DNA from: Faecousia sp.
GTDB taxonomy: Bacteria; Bacillota; Clostridia; Oscillospirales; Oscillospiraceae
NCBI GenBank assembly: GCA_045653785.1
Contig: JAZOMH010000028.1
Span: 1,736-65,735, forward strand
Length of the DNA stretch: 64,000 nucleotides
Reading direction: 5' to 3'
Part shown: positions 50,246-60,341 of the stretch, piece after piece
Layout: every line of letters begins with the position of its first letter
Position numbering within the stretch: position 1 is the stretch's first letter
Program-made: the position numbers and the translations under genes
Notes under the pieces: generated by a model
What the model was told of the DNA's origin: nothing
Database searches by the model: none
Seen by the model: only the letters and a program-made list of their open reading frames with translations

Positions 50246-51139
50246 TTACATATTGGATTTTTTGACAGATGCCAAATAAATGTTGGTTACATCTGCCCGT
50301 TCGTGCCCCAGCAGCCGGGATACAGTCAGGTGGGCGTCCAATTCCGAAACACCCTCAGCAATCAGCTGGCTGTATTTTTCTGCAGCATAGGTGTGCCTAA
50401 GACCGTGGAAGGTCAGCGGTCGGTTAGAGTCCGAATCCTGCACATCTTCTCGGTGGAGCAGGATAAATTGTTGTAATTGGTTTATGGCTTTGTCGGTAGG
50501 GATGCTGTCCGGCACCAACAGCTTGCTGCCGGGAGGTGTTGAACGCAGGCACTTTTCTAACGCAGAAATGATCTGCTGATTAATAGGCACAGTGCGGAGT
50601 TTGCCGCCTTTACCTTTGATAGTAATGGCACCTTCCCGTATAGCTTGCCGGGCAATGGCGGTATCAATACGGAAACATTCGTGAATCCGCAAGCCGGCAT
50701 ACCGGGCTAAGTAGAAAGCGAGAATGTAACCCTCCTGATCCAGCGCTTTTCCCAATAACCGATTAAATTCCACAACACTCCAAGTCCGGTCGGTGTCCCC
50801 AAAACGCCGCCGTTCCAGCTCTACGCCCAGCTCTGCATTGGACGGCAATTTATACTTGGGATTGCTGATCTTGTCGTGGAAAAAGCGGATTGCCGCTAGA
50901 TCCGTTTTAATGGTGCTGGCAGATAGCTCCTTCTCCTGCATCCACAGCACATAGGCAACCAGATGCTTACCGCTGAAATTGGACAGCTTTTGCAGACGGT
51001 ATGCCTCGACAAGAAAGTGGCAAAACCGTTTCATCGCCATATAGTACCGTTCTTTCGTGCGGTAGCTGCCTTGTCTGTTGTGTCGCGCCAATTTGTTTAA
51101 CTGCGCCTCCAAGCTAAAATAAATATTTTGTGTTTTCAT
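50246..51139 (-). CDS. Second tyrosine recombinase (no arm-binding domain)
   Basis: AGLRIHE, KGKGGK, HGLRHTYA, LLGHERADVTNIYL. Confidence 0.9.
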   Translation of the reverse strand: MKTQNIYFSLEAQLNKLARHNRQGSYRTKERYYMAMKRFCHFLVEAYRLQKLSNFSGKHLVAYVLWMQEKELSASTIKTDLAAIRFFHDKISNPKYKLPSNAELGVELERRRFGDTDRTWSVVEFNRLLGKALDQEGYILAFYLARYAGLRIHECFRIDTAIARQAIREGAITIKGKGGKLRTVPINQQIISALEKCLRSTPPGSKLLVPDSIPTDKAINQLQQFILLHREDVQDSDSNRPLTFHGLRHTYAAEKYSQLIAEGVSELDAHLTVSRLLGHERADVTNIYLASVKKSNM

Positions 51140-51358
51140 ATGAGCTCCTTTCCAATGGATATAGTTTCCCCAGTGGCAATTTCGTCGGTTTCTACCCGGT
51201 TTCTATGGAAATCACAAAGCGTGTAATCTTAAAAACCGTTGCAAGATAAAGACTTTCCGTACGCGATAGCGTTTTCTTTGGTTTCTGTCTCTTTTATGAA
51301 ATTGTCTGGGTCAGTACGATGCCGCATGGGAAGACAGCTTCCTGTCAAGCGACCGATG

Positions 51359-51498
51359 ACAAAGTTGACAAGAGTAGATGGTGAAAGATTTTGTGCCAAA
51401 TCAAAGTTTGGAAACCGCAGGAATACTTTGTGTATTTCAAGGTTTTCAAGCTGAAGAGTTGGTGCAAAAGATCCATCAGCTACCGAAGGCGATTTTGT
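51359..51498. repeat. Clostridiales-1-like structured repeat/MITE
   Basis: Long imperfect hairpin with GCAGGAATACTTTGTGTATTTCAAGG apex; family assignment from memory, not checked. Confidence 0.5.
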
Positions 51499-52287
51499 TA
51501 TTGGTCGCTCCTATGACGGCGGCGGACACAAGCCGCTGAGCTCGGCTGCAACAATCGCTGCGTGTGTCCGGCGATCCTCTCGGCAAGAATCAAAAACGAT
51601 GGGAACTCCTTGTTGCGAAACCGACATTGCAATAGCCGGAACAAGGGAGCCGGTTTGTGGCAAGCAAACCGAATAAGCATAGCTCTGTACTTGCGTTACA
51701 GAGAGTGGAACTTTTCCTGCAGTCCGTAGTGCAGTTGTTTTTTGTCCATTGGATGGGTTTATTGGATACCCATATTGATTTAGTTCTGTTCGTACAACAA
51801 AAAAAGACCGACTTTCCCTCTCCGAAGAGTTGAAAGCCGGTCAATTTTCCAATTGCCGTTTGGATTTGTTCATTGTCGTGGAAGCCAAAAAAGGCGGAAT
51901 TACCCCATACCTGAGTAATTCCGACCTTGTGCATCAAACCTCATTCCCCGAAGGGAACACAATCAAACCTATTTCCATCTTTAGGTTACCACAAGCCGAG
52001 TAGGTTGTCAATACAAAAATAGAAAACCGTGGAATATTAATGTGTGCTATTCTAAAAATATCCCTGTTCTTTTCCGTGCAAAAATAAATTTCCAAAAACC
52101 GCCTCTAAGATTTGACAACCTTTTGGAAGTCGGTTAAAATAAAAGTGTCCTTTTTAGAGGGGTGCAGCTATGGGGTTGGCTGTGCCCCTTGTTTTTTGTA
52201 TAGTTTCTTCTGATATCTAATCGAATATAGATAAGTGTAATTCAGACAAAGAGGATGCGGCAAAAACAGGCTGCATCCTCTAATCTT

Positions 52288-52626
52288 TTATTTGGTTTTA
52301 TACTTATCCATTTCGCGCAGGATATTAAAGAGTTGTTCTTGCTCTTCCGGAGTCTTTGCAGAAAGGAATTCGTAACATTCCAAAGGAATATTTCTGCCTT
52401 CCGTATCCTGCCCACCTAACTGCTCAAACAATTTGGTGAGGGATACATTCAGTGCAGAAGCAACTTTTTCGATACTTTCAATAGTTGCATTCTTCTCGCC
52501 TCGTTCCAACTGACCAATATATGTGGGATGGCAACCGGATAATTCCGCAAGTTTTTCCTGACTTAAACCAGCCGCTGTTCTATAATTTCTAATTCTTTGT
52601 CCAATAACCTTTGCAATGTCGCTCAT
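52288..52626 (-). CDS. XRE-family HTH regulator
   Basis: IGQRIRNYR..SQEKLAE..YIGQLERGEKN. Confidence 0.88.
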   Translation of the reverse strand: MSDIAKVIGQRIRNYRTAAGLSQEKLAELSGCHPTYIGQLERGEKNATIESIEKVASALNVSLTKLFEQLGGQDTEGRNIPLECYEFLSAKTPEEQEQLFNILREMDKYKTK

Positions 52627-52760
52627 AGTATCGGCACTTCCTTTCTGTGATATATCTAGTCTATAAGTATAGAAAATGATTATCCACAGACTATTGATAT
52701 TGTTTACTTTGAGATATATACTATAAATATCAATACGCGGCACAGGAGTGCTAATAGTAT

Positions 52761-53237
52761 ATGGAAATGTGTAATAGTTGCTTCTTCATAGGACACAGAG
52801 AGGCAGATGAGCGATTGCTTCCCAGGCTGGAATTGGAAATCGAACAACTGATAACGGAAGAAAATGTTCGTTACTTTTATGTGGGCGGGTATGGCGGTTT
52901 TGATGGTGTCGCAGCGTCTGCAGTGAAGAAGGCGAAACGGCAGCACCCGAACATCACATTGATGCTGGTACTGCCGTATCACCCTGCAGAGCGCCCCATC
53001 GAAAGGCCACCCGATTATGATGGAACATATTATCCGGAAGGGTTGGAAAAGACACCAAGGCCCTTTGCAATCATGAAAACAAACCAGCTAATGGTTGACA
53101 GTTGCGACTGGCTGGTCTGCTATGTTCGCCACGGAGCTAGCAATTCGAGAAACCTTTTGGAATATGCGCAACGCCGCAAGAAAAAGGGGCTTATACAAAT
53201 TAGAAATATTGCTGAGGGGATGGATGCAAATCTATGA
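52761..53237 (+). CDS. SLOG/YspA (DUF1273-like) protein
   Basis: CFFIGHR, GGYGGFD, NQLMVD. Confidence 0.75.
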   Translation: MEMCNSCFFIGHREADERLLPRLELEIEQLITEENVRYFYVGGYGGFDGVAASAVKKAKRQHPNITLMLVLPYHPAERPIERPPDYDGTYYPEGLEKTPRPFAIMKTNQLMVDSCDWLVCYVRHGASNSRNLLEYAQRRKKKGLIQIRNIAEGMDANL

Positions 53238-53749
53238 AAAAGAAATTACTGTGGTGTGCTGGAATCGTTGTTATGATCGCAGTGATCATATTAGGCGTTT
53301 GGCGCTATATGGAAGCACGGAATCGCCAGGCTGACGCCAACTGGAAGCTTGCAGAGCAGATCTACAATATAGAAAACGCATTAAAGGAAGTGAATGAGGA
53401 CTACGAGTGCAAGTCCATTTCCAAAGTAACCCCCTACAACTATGCGGATTCATCTGGAAATACAATCACTTACTATTACTGCCAGACTACCTATATATCA
53501 GATGAGTATGAGGAAAATACCGGACTGAATACCGATGCAATCGGTATGGTAATTGACTTTGGAAAAATTGAGAACAAGAGACATTGTAGGGTAAATGAGC
53601 ATGGCGCATTCCAGTGTGAAATGGGCGAGCGCTCCTATCTTTGTTGGACCACCTCCCCGGAGATTAGCTGCGTAATTGAGTATAGTGCAGAAACCATTAA
53701 TGAAGCGGATATCTTCCGAATGGCCGAAAGTGTACTATTGCCAAATTAA
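53234..53749 (+). CDS. Membrane-anchored hypothetical protein
   Basis: N-terminal TM helix; ATGA overlap. Confidence 0.65.
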   Translation: MKKKLLWCAGIVVMIAVIILGVWRYMEARNRQADANWKLAEQIYNIENALKEVNEDYECKSISKVTPYNYADSSGNTITYYYCQTTYISDEYEENTGLNTDAIGMVIDFGKIENKRHCRVNEHGAFQCEMGERSYLCWTTSPEISCVIEYSAETINEADIFRMAESVLLPN

Positions 53750-53861
53750 CGGATTAAGTCCAGTGTGCAGAATTTGCAGTGCCTATGAACGCAAACCTTC
53801 CTTGACTGTCGGCAATATGGTGCACATCTTCTGTTAGAAATAAAGTCTCTATGATGAAATC

Positions 53862-53902
53862 ACAAAACCAGCCATCTTTTGAGGTGGCTGGTTTTGTGAT
53901 TT
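53862..53902. terminator. Bidirectional terminator
   Basis: ACAAAACCAGCCA..TGGCTGGTTTTGT within a longer inverted repeat. Confidence 0.7.
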
Positions 53903-53952
53903 AGGTGTATTTTGCCCTTAGATTATAAAAGTGTTTCTCCAGGATGCGAGCT

Positions 53953-55224
53953 TTACACGAAAGATACGCTCGTTTTTGCAATTTGCTTCGCCTGCGTCGA
54001 ATACCACTCACACAGCAAGTCCACGATCAGATGTGTTACACAATGTCCCTTGTGGCAAAGAAAACTGACTTCTTTCAGGAGGTCAATGTACCAATCCTGC
54101 AGCCCAAGTTGGCTGAGCAATGCTTCTACACTGTGCGGCATCGGTTTCCGGGAATAGCGCCCGTTTCTGACATTATCCATGACCAGTAAGGCAAAGCTGG
54201 GATCGTGAATATCGTATTTTGCCATGGCATTGCTGATGGCTTGAAAAACATCTTCACGAAATACGGGGAGATCCCAAAAGTCCGCCTTACCACTTTGCAG
54301 AAGGTCTATCGTTTTATCCCCCCATACATCTACTGCACAAAACAGACCGTCTATCCGCAGGAGCAGATCAAAGCAGACTGACTCCTGCAAAGGAAGATAC
54401 TCGGACTTTTCCAAAAGCGTTTGATATTTGGTTTTCAGAAGTGCCTCGCCCAAGGTAGGATTCAACAGTGTTTGCATATCTGGCGAGGGGATTCCCGTGC
54501 TGATTTGCTGCCGATGGAGCTGCTCAATTTGCTCATCAGAATAGAAAAAGAATCGGGTTTCACCGCTGTGCCAACGTTCAAAGGTTTCCCAATCGGTGTC
54601 CCAATAGCCGTCTGCTGATACTGCAGGTTTCTCCTTTTCAGCCGGACATATAACATACTGCACATAAGGTTGCGGATCATCTACGTTATACCGCACAGGA
54701 AGTATTTCGGCAAAACTTGCATATGCCTCCTGCAATATGCGAATGGCGGTTGGCTTAAATACTTCGGGAGTATAAATAGTGGTATCTATGCCGTTTCTAA
54801 GGTAGTTGGTAAAGCTTTGATGCGGAACATCGTGCCCGTCTCTTATCAGTTCCTTACCGCAACTGCATTTCTTAGCGGGGAGATCAAATCCGTTTCTGAT
54901 CGTAGTAACAAACTCGATCTTTCCGCAGACAGGGCAACAGTAGTGAGGTGGCAAAGGATTTACCATCGTGGCACCCATAAGCCATGCGGCAAAAGACGAG
55001 TTTACGGTAGATGCGACCACAGGCACAGATTGCTCTCTTGCCGTTGTGCAAAGCTTGCCAAGAGCAGAAAAACACTGTATAGCATCTGTGTCACGCAACA
55101 GCGATTCCTCCGCCACAAGCCGATGCAAGCATTCTACCGGGGGATCATCCCCGAAGAGTGAGAACAGGTTTACATAGGCCTGTCCCCATAGTTCGTTTTC
55201 TCGGTTTTCATTTTCTTTTTTCAC
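53953..55224 (-). CDS. Truncated, catalytically degenerate PolC-like protein
   Basis: VNPLPPHYCCPVC..GFDLPAKKCSC..DGHDVP Zn finger; DVW, REDV, VRNGR, WYID..KGH fingers motifs. Confidence 0.75.
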   Translation of the reverse strand: MKKENENRENELWGQAYVNLFSLFGDDPPVECLHRLVAEESLLRDTDAIQCFSALGKLCTTAREQSVPVVASTVNSSFAAWLMGATMVNPLPPHYCCPVCGKIEFVTTIRNGFDLPAKKCSCGKELIRDGHDVPHQSFTNYLRNGIDTTIYTPEVFKPTAIRILQEAYASFAEILPVRYNVDDPQPYVQYVICPAEKEKPAVSADGYWDTDWETFERWHSGETRFFFYSDEQIEQLHRQQISTGIPSPDMQTLLNPTLGEALLKTKYQTLLEKSEYLPLQESVCFDLLLRIDGLFCAVDVWGDKTIDLLQSGKADFWDLPVFREDVFQAISNAMAKYDIHDPSFALLVMDNVRNGRYSRKPMPHSVEALLSQLGLQDWYIDLLKEVSFLCHKGHCVTHLIVDLLCEWYSTQAKQIAKTSVSFV

Positions 55225-55233
55225 GCAGTGAAA

Positions 55234-56277
55234 CTACCCTTCTGTTGCTTCCTGAGCCGCATTCTCGGTGGTGGTGGTTGCCGGGGCTTCATGATCCACA
55301 TATTCAGTTGCCTCCACGGCAACATTTGTTTCTAAAGCTGCACGCTGAACACGATTCCGACGTAACTTGCCTATCTTTCTTTCTACGGCAAAAGTTGCAT
55401 CCAACCACGCAAACTTAATTGCATCTTTGAAACGTACTCCATAATATTTACCCACTCGTGCCATTTTCTTGTCCTCTTTTTCATCTTTAGAATCCTTGTT
55501 TGACTGTTGGTTTTCAGTGGATTCAACCTTTTTGTCATTGTTTAATACATTGTCTTCAGGAGGATTTTGCGAGGAATGATCTTTATTATCATTAATTGGT
55601 TCAGAATCATTTTTGGGCGTTTCTGGAATGATTGTATCAGGGATGAATCCATATTTATCGGCAAGGCCTAAAGGACCTAGGACTTCATAGAAATGAGTGA
55701 CACGTTCTTCAATTGCACAGGATTGTTTTTTGTTAAGAGAGAAATACTTTAAATACTTTCTTTTAGATTTCCAAATTCTTATATACCTCGTGATTTTATT
55801 CCCGCCTAACAAATAGAAAAAGTCCAGAACGCATTCCCAAAAGATTTTTTGCACTTTCAATGAATCAACAGCAGAAACCACATTGAGATCAGTATTTTCT
55901 TGCGGAATTAAATTGCCTAAATATCTTCGGATGTTTTGTAGATAAATTCTTTGCTGCTCTGTAAGATTCTTTTTCATTTCAGAGGCAAGCTGGTATAATA
56001 TAGAGACTAATAAGTGTTTTTCGCATTCTTCCAATTGCCGGATGTCCATTGTCAAATGCATCTTATATAATTCTTCATTCTCTTTGTCGTTAAGTTGTTG
56101 GCGTAGGTCATCCAGGCTCCCATCAAGCATGGTCACAGCTTTTTCTGTTAGTTCAATAGCTCGGCTTACCTCATGCTGTGCATGCTCAGTTGCTATCTGC
56201 TGCTTTTGCATAAACTCCTCATTTGCCTGCATAGCATCAGCAACTCCTGCTTTATACATTTTCTGCCTTCCAAACAT
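55234..56277 (-). CDS. Hypothetical protein (coiled coil + helical domain + low-complexity tail)
   Basis: TAATG coupling to upstream gene; 347-aa AT-rich ORF. Confidence 0.7.
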   Translation of the reverse strand: MFGRQKMYKAGVADAMQANEEFMQKQQIATEHAQHEVSRAIELTEKAVTMLDGSLDDLRQQLNDKENEELYKMHLTMDIRQLEECEKHLLVSILYQLASEMKKNLTEQQRIYLQNIRRYLGNLIPQENTDLNVVSAVDSLKVQKIFWECVLDFFYLLGGNKITRYIRIWKSKRKYLKYFSLNKKQSCAIEERVTHFYEVLGPLGLADKYGFIPDTIIPETPKNDSEPINDNKDHSSQNPPEDNVLNNDKKVESTENQQSNKDSKDEKEDKKMARVGKYYGVRFKDAIKFAWLDATFAVERKIGKLRRNRVQRAALETNVAVEATEYVDHEAPATTTTENAAQEATEG

Positions 56278-57473
56278 TATAAACCCTCCATAAAATCATA
56301 GTCGGAACCGACGATCTGGTCGTGCAGTTCGTTTTTTAAGAAATCTCGTTTTACATCATCGATGAATTTGCCATCTCTGACAATACGATAGAGCGTGACA
56401 ACAAGGCCTCCTAAGTCTAAATTATTTATGTTCTCTGTACAGACACTAATTACAACATTGCTTGCAGAAGCAATAATATTTGAGTAGCTAAGAATTTTGC
56501 GTGTTCGCACTTCATACTGTCGTTTTGAAATATCAGTAGATGGATCATAAAGTAGACTATGGATAAAAGCTATTAAAGTATTAATTGTAACAGAATATAG
56601 GGCTTGCTTTCCGACAGTAACAGCGTTTGCCATATCAAGGCCATGCTTAGCTAAGTCCCCTGCCAGTATTGGTGATATACTAGATATGATAGGTAGGGGA
56701 AGACTGTTCTTAGAGTGGAGATCTGACTTGAGGTGTATGATTTCTTTAACAAGGGAGGCTCCTACAATTTTTTTGCCTTCCATCCCTTGATTTACAAGCT
56801 TATCGTATGTGTGTGCAAATACAAGTGGAGTTTTTGCTTTAGCCTTAAATATGTCATGTACACCTAATGCGTTTCCAAATGCTCCTGTATTTATGTGATA
56901 GGATTGTAAATTCCAATTCGTAAGGGTGCTTGTTGCAATATTAGCTGTACCAACAACAAGGCCTAAAACTGGATCATGTCCGATTGTTGCTCCTCGGTGT
57001 CCGAGCGCCCCAAATCCATTCAGAGCACCGTCGAATTTTGAAGCACCCATATTTGCATCAAAAGGAACTGGATTGGTTAGAATTTCTTCAAGACTTGGAC
57101 AATAATAACGATGTTTTCTATTGCTTTTTTCAAGGGTATCTTTAACTGCCTTTGCAGCAGTTTTATCATCCATTCGTTCTGGTGGGAATGCAGTTATCAA
57201 ATACTGCCGAACGATTTGCAGCGCTGTTGCCACAAAAAGAAAAGCAACATCCGCAGCTGTTAGGCCGGTAATTTTCTTAAAGCGTTCATCTAAATCGTCC
57301 ATTAAAGAGGATGGATTTCGATATATACTGGAGACACGGCTATACTCAGTTCCAATTTGCCCTAGTTTATCGTGTGAATCCTGTAGAACTTGCTTGCATG
57401 AATCAATAGATGCTCGTAGTTCACTACATGCGTCATTCAATTGTTTGTTCGATTTAGGAAGTTTCCTGCTCAT
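56277..57473 (-). CDS. Hypothetical protein with HR..GHDP motif and hydrophobic helices
   Basis: GHRGATIGHDPVLGLVVGTANI; GAGGT RBS. Confidence 0.7.
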   Translation of the reverse strand: MSRKLPKSNKQLNDACSELRASIDSCKQVLQDSHDKLGQIGTEYSRVSSIYRNPSSLMDDLDERFKKITGLTAADVAFLFVATALQIVRQYLITAFPPERMDDKTAAKAVKDTLEKSNRKHRYYCPSLEEILTNPVPFDANMGASKFDGALNGFGALGHRGATIGHDPVLGLVVGTANIATSTLTNWNLQSYHINTGAFGNALGVHDIFKAKAKTPLVFAHTYDKLVNQGMEGKKIVGASLVKEIIHLKSDLHSKNSLPLPIISSISPILAGDLAKHGLDMANAVTVGKQALYSVTINTLIAFIHSLLYDPSTDISKRQYEVRTRKILSYSNIIASASNVVISVCTENINNLDLGGLVVTLYRIVRDGKFIDDVKRDFLKNELHDQIVGSDYDFMEGL

Positions 57474-57550
57474 AAAATGCTACCTCTGTTTGTTGTACAT
57501 ATGTCATCTAGTATTTTCGTCGTTTTGAGCGAAAGTATAATACGACCTCT

Positions 57551-58534
57551 TTAAGTTTCCGTCTCGTACTGTTCCAGTGCTTTCCTTAACCGATATTTGA
57601 CTTCGTCTCTAAAATCTTCTGGGGCGACTACTTTGACCCAAGGGCCTTGGCTGAGAAGCCACATTTTGATGCCGTCGCCGTAAACCTCGGCTTCGATTAG
57701 ATACTTTCGACCTGTTCGCTCGATAACCCGTGCTGTTGGCAGTTTGTCCATTACCGCCTGGACAGAAATGCCGGTGAACTCAAACCGGATCGTCCGCAGC
57801 TTACCCGGCCACATAAACAAGCTCCGTTGTCTAAGTAACCCTTCATCAAAAGCCGGCGCATCTGCCGTGGTAAACTTCTTTCTGTGTTCCGTGATATGCC
57901 GAATCCGATCCACACGGAAGTAAAGGGGCTTATCCTCGTCACCCTCGGTGTTGAAAGCAATTAAGTAAAAATAGAAGTCGGTGAACATCAGCGATGCAGG
58001 GCGAAGTCTGTGCTCACGCAGTGCCCGGTCTGCCCGGTAATACTCTACGGTAATCTCTCGTTTTTCAGAGATACACAGCATCAGCTGCCACAAGGTGTCC
58101 ATCACACTGTCACAATCGTGCTTGACCTCCGGATACTGATAAAGCTCCTTGCGGATCAACTCCTCCAGCTTGCTACGATCCTCCGGTGTAGTAAAACGCT
58201 TCAACTTGGATGTGAGTTGCAAAAGCTCATCCTTGGAGAAAGCCCGAGCACCGATCAGCACCTCCACCATAGCAAACAGTTCCTTGCTGGACAAAAACTC
58301 ATCCATATACAGGCGGTAGCACTTATCCCGGTGAGAGTATTGCAACTCCGTATGTCCAACTAATTCCCGATGGTCTGCAAGAAATGCCTTGAGATCGTTC
58401 AAACTGCGGGTGATACTTTTTGTGGATACCTCGTATTCATCCGCCAGTTTCTGCACACACAGGTCTTCGCCACGCAAGCCCCGGAAAAATATCTCCAAAA
58501 CCCGATCTCTTCTTGTGTTCTCCATATTCGGCAC
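57551..58534 (-). CDS. WYL-domain transcriptional regulator (wHTH-WYL-WCX)
   Basis: LADEYEVSTKSITRSL HTH; FYFYLIA..FRVDRI; WLLSQG..VVAPE. Confidence 0.9.
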   Translation of the reverse strand: MPNMENTRRDRVLEIFFRGLRGEDLCVQKLADEYEVSTKSITRSLNDLKAFLADHRELVGHTELQYSHRDKCYRLYMDEFLSSKELFAMVEVLIGARAFSKDELLQLTSKLKRFTTPEDRSKLEELIRKELYQYPEVKHDCDSVMDTLWQLMLCISEKREITVEYYRADRALREHRLRPASLMFTDFYFYLIAFNTEGDEDKPLYFRVDRIRHITEHRKKFTTADAPAFDEGLLRQRSLFMWPGKLRTIRFEFTGISVQAVMDKLPTARVIERTGRKYLIEAEVYGDGIKMWLLSQGPWVKVVAPEDFRDEVKYRLRKALEQYETET

Positions 58535-58572
58535 CTCCGTCCTATGATAACTTGATTATATCGCCCGGAGTG

Positions 58573-58588
58573 GACAGATGGATGTCCA
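58573..58588 (-). promoter_or_regulatory. Putative WYL-regulator operator
   Basis: GGACA-N6-TGTCC palindrome just upstream of a minus-strand TATAAT. Confidence 0.5.
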
Positions 58589-58654
58589 ATCAAAAATCTT
58601 ATACTAAAATTTTAGCATAGCATGACGAAAAAGCAATAAAACTGGCACATTCTC

Positions 58655-58714
58655 ATTATAATTCTAATTTGGAATTAAATCAAGTGGAATGGATATTATA
58701 ATTCTAAATTAGAA
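58655..58714 (+). promoter_or_regulatory. Duplicated operator upstream of XRE gene
   Basis: ATTATAATTCTAATTTGGAA / ATTATAATTCTAAATTAGAA, each with a palindromic TTCTAA..GAA core. Confidence 0.55.
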
Positions 58715-58732
58715 AGACAAGGGGGTGTCCCA

Positions 58733-58984
58733 GTGAAACCGAGAAAAGCAGAATACGGCGATAAAAATATTTGCGGTGCTAATATTGAGCGCATCCGCAA
58801 AGCACTGGGGATGAAGCAGGCAACCCTTGTGAGCAAGATGCAACTGATGGGTGTGGACATCAATCCATCCAGCCTTTCCAAACTGGAAGGCCAGACCCGG
58901 AGTGCAACGGACATTGAGCTGAAAGCAATTGCCGCGATCCTTGGTGTAACTATGGAAGAACTACTTTCCGAAAGCAACGAATAA
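58733..58984 (+). CDS. XRE-family HTH protein
   Basis: KNICGANIERIR..SLSKLEGQTR..LGVTMEELL. Confidence 0.85.
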   Translation: MKPRKAEYGDKNICGANIERIRKALGMKQATLVSKMQLMGVDINPSSLSKLEGQTRSATDIELKAIAAILGVTMEELLSESNE

Positions 58985-59264
58985 TGTATGCTACCCCGAA
59001 GAGCCAAACGGTTCTTCGGGGCTGTGCGTATTCTCTGCCTTTTATCATAAAATCATCATCTATTTTCCGCATCCCAAAATCATCTTTTTAGTCGAAAGAA
59101 ACCTTTTGATCGACGCCTAGTATCTGATAATGAAAACGGCTACAAAGCCGAATTATAAAAACACACCACCATACGCTATGGCTTGCCCTTTCGCAGACCC
59201 ACAGCCTATGGTGGTGTTTTTTGTATTAACTACTAAAGATTGTGAATAACATAAAACTGATTAA

Positions 59265-60293
59265 TCATTGAAGATTGTTTTCTGCGTGTCTCATAAACTC
59301 TTCAGATAGCTTAATGACTTGAATAGCTTCATCACGGGTTTCTGATCTGTTGAATAAGACTATCTTAGAAAAATAATTCCGTTTGATGCTTAATGCGTGT
59401 TGACGCTGTTCGCCTTCAGAATGTATCCATTGCTGATAGATTTCTCTTGGGAGTTCAAAGTGATATACCATTCCGCGATCGTTGAGCACCCATGTACTAT
59501 CATCTCCGCGATACCAGTGAATTGTACAGCCATCTTGCTGTACATCCTGTTGATACAATCTGTTTACCGCGTCATCTGCTTGCAGGAGGAATAGCAATGT
59601 TCCATCTTCTAGAAGACCAATTGTAATTCGGCGCTCAATGAACTCGATTTCTTTAATGTATGTACGCCACTCTTCATAATCAAAAATATCTGCCGAGATC
59701 GTTCTTTCGGGGTGAAGCATAATGTCACTTATACGTGAGTCTATTTGGCGGCTAAGATCACCATTTCCTCTTGCAAGCACATCTAATGCTGCGATAGCAT
59801 TTCTGATATTTGCAAATAGCGCGCTATGCGCAAACGAGATCAATGAAATCCTGTGAGCCTGTGCAAACGGAAAGGCCGTATTCTTAAAACCATCAATAGA
59901 TGCAACCGCAACCTGATAAACATACCGCTTCATTGGATAGTATTTAGGAGCGGTTGTACGATTGGATTTTCTGTTCTGCAGGATCTCTTCTGTTATGATT
60001 TCAAAGTTGTTAATATCGTCGCGAAGGCCTAGTGCGTTGCGAATCTGTGGCAAACCAATAGCCTGATTATAGCATTTACATTCCACAACAAGGCGAGTAG
60101 GGTAGTAAATGGGGGTTTGGATCGGGGGTGAAAGCAAGACATCGGCATTATGTGGCTGTCCGCATCCTTGTACCATTAACCCAGGACCGCCTTTGTAGAC
60201 CAACAAACCATCTGGTACTACAGGCTTAAAACCACATGTAACCAACAATCTGTATACGAAAAATTCAAACAGCCTTCCTTTTATGGATGCCAT
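59265..60293 (-). CDS. PD-(D/E)xK restriction-endonuclease-like protein
   Basis: KGRLFE, HNADVL, VVECKCY. Confidence 0.72.
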   Translation of the reverse strand: MASIKGRLFEFFVYRLLVTCGFKPVVPDGLLVYKGGPGLMVQGCGQPHNADVLLSPPIQTPIYYPTRLVVECKCYNQAIGLPQIRNALGLRDDINNFEIITEEILQNRKSNRTTAPKYYPMKRYVYQVAVASIDGFKNTAFPFAQAHRISLISFAHSALFANIRNAIAALDVLARGNGDLSRQIDSRISDIMLHPERTISADIFDYEEWRTYIKEIEFIERRITIGLLEDGTLLFLLQADDAVNRLYQQDVQQDGCTIHWYRGDDSTWVLNDRGMVYHFELPREIYQQWIHSEGEQRQHALSIKRNYFSKIVLFNRSETRDEAIQVIKLSEEFMRHAENNLQ

Positions 60294-60341
60294 ACGAGCC
60301 CTCCTTTTTTCTTCTAGATAATCTGATTTTTTAGTTTTTAG

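Noticed and set aside
51660-51730. c-di-GMP riboswitch
   Set aside because: A GNRA hairpin is present but the class I/II consensus is not matched; kept only as part of the unclassified structured region
53953-55224. Functional DNA polymerase III alpha (polC)
   Set aside because: Under a third of PolC length and the catalytic aspartate motifs are degenerate
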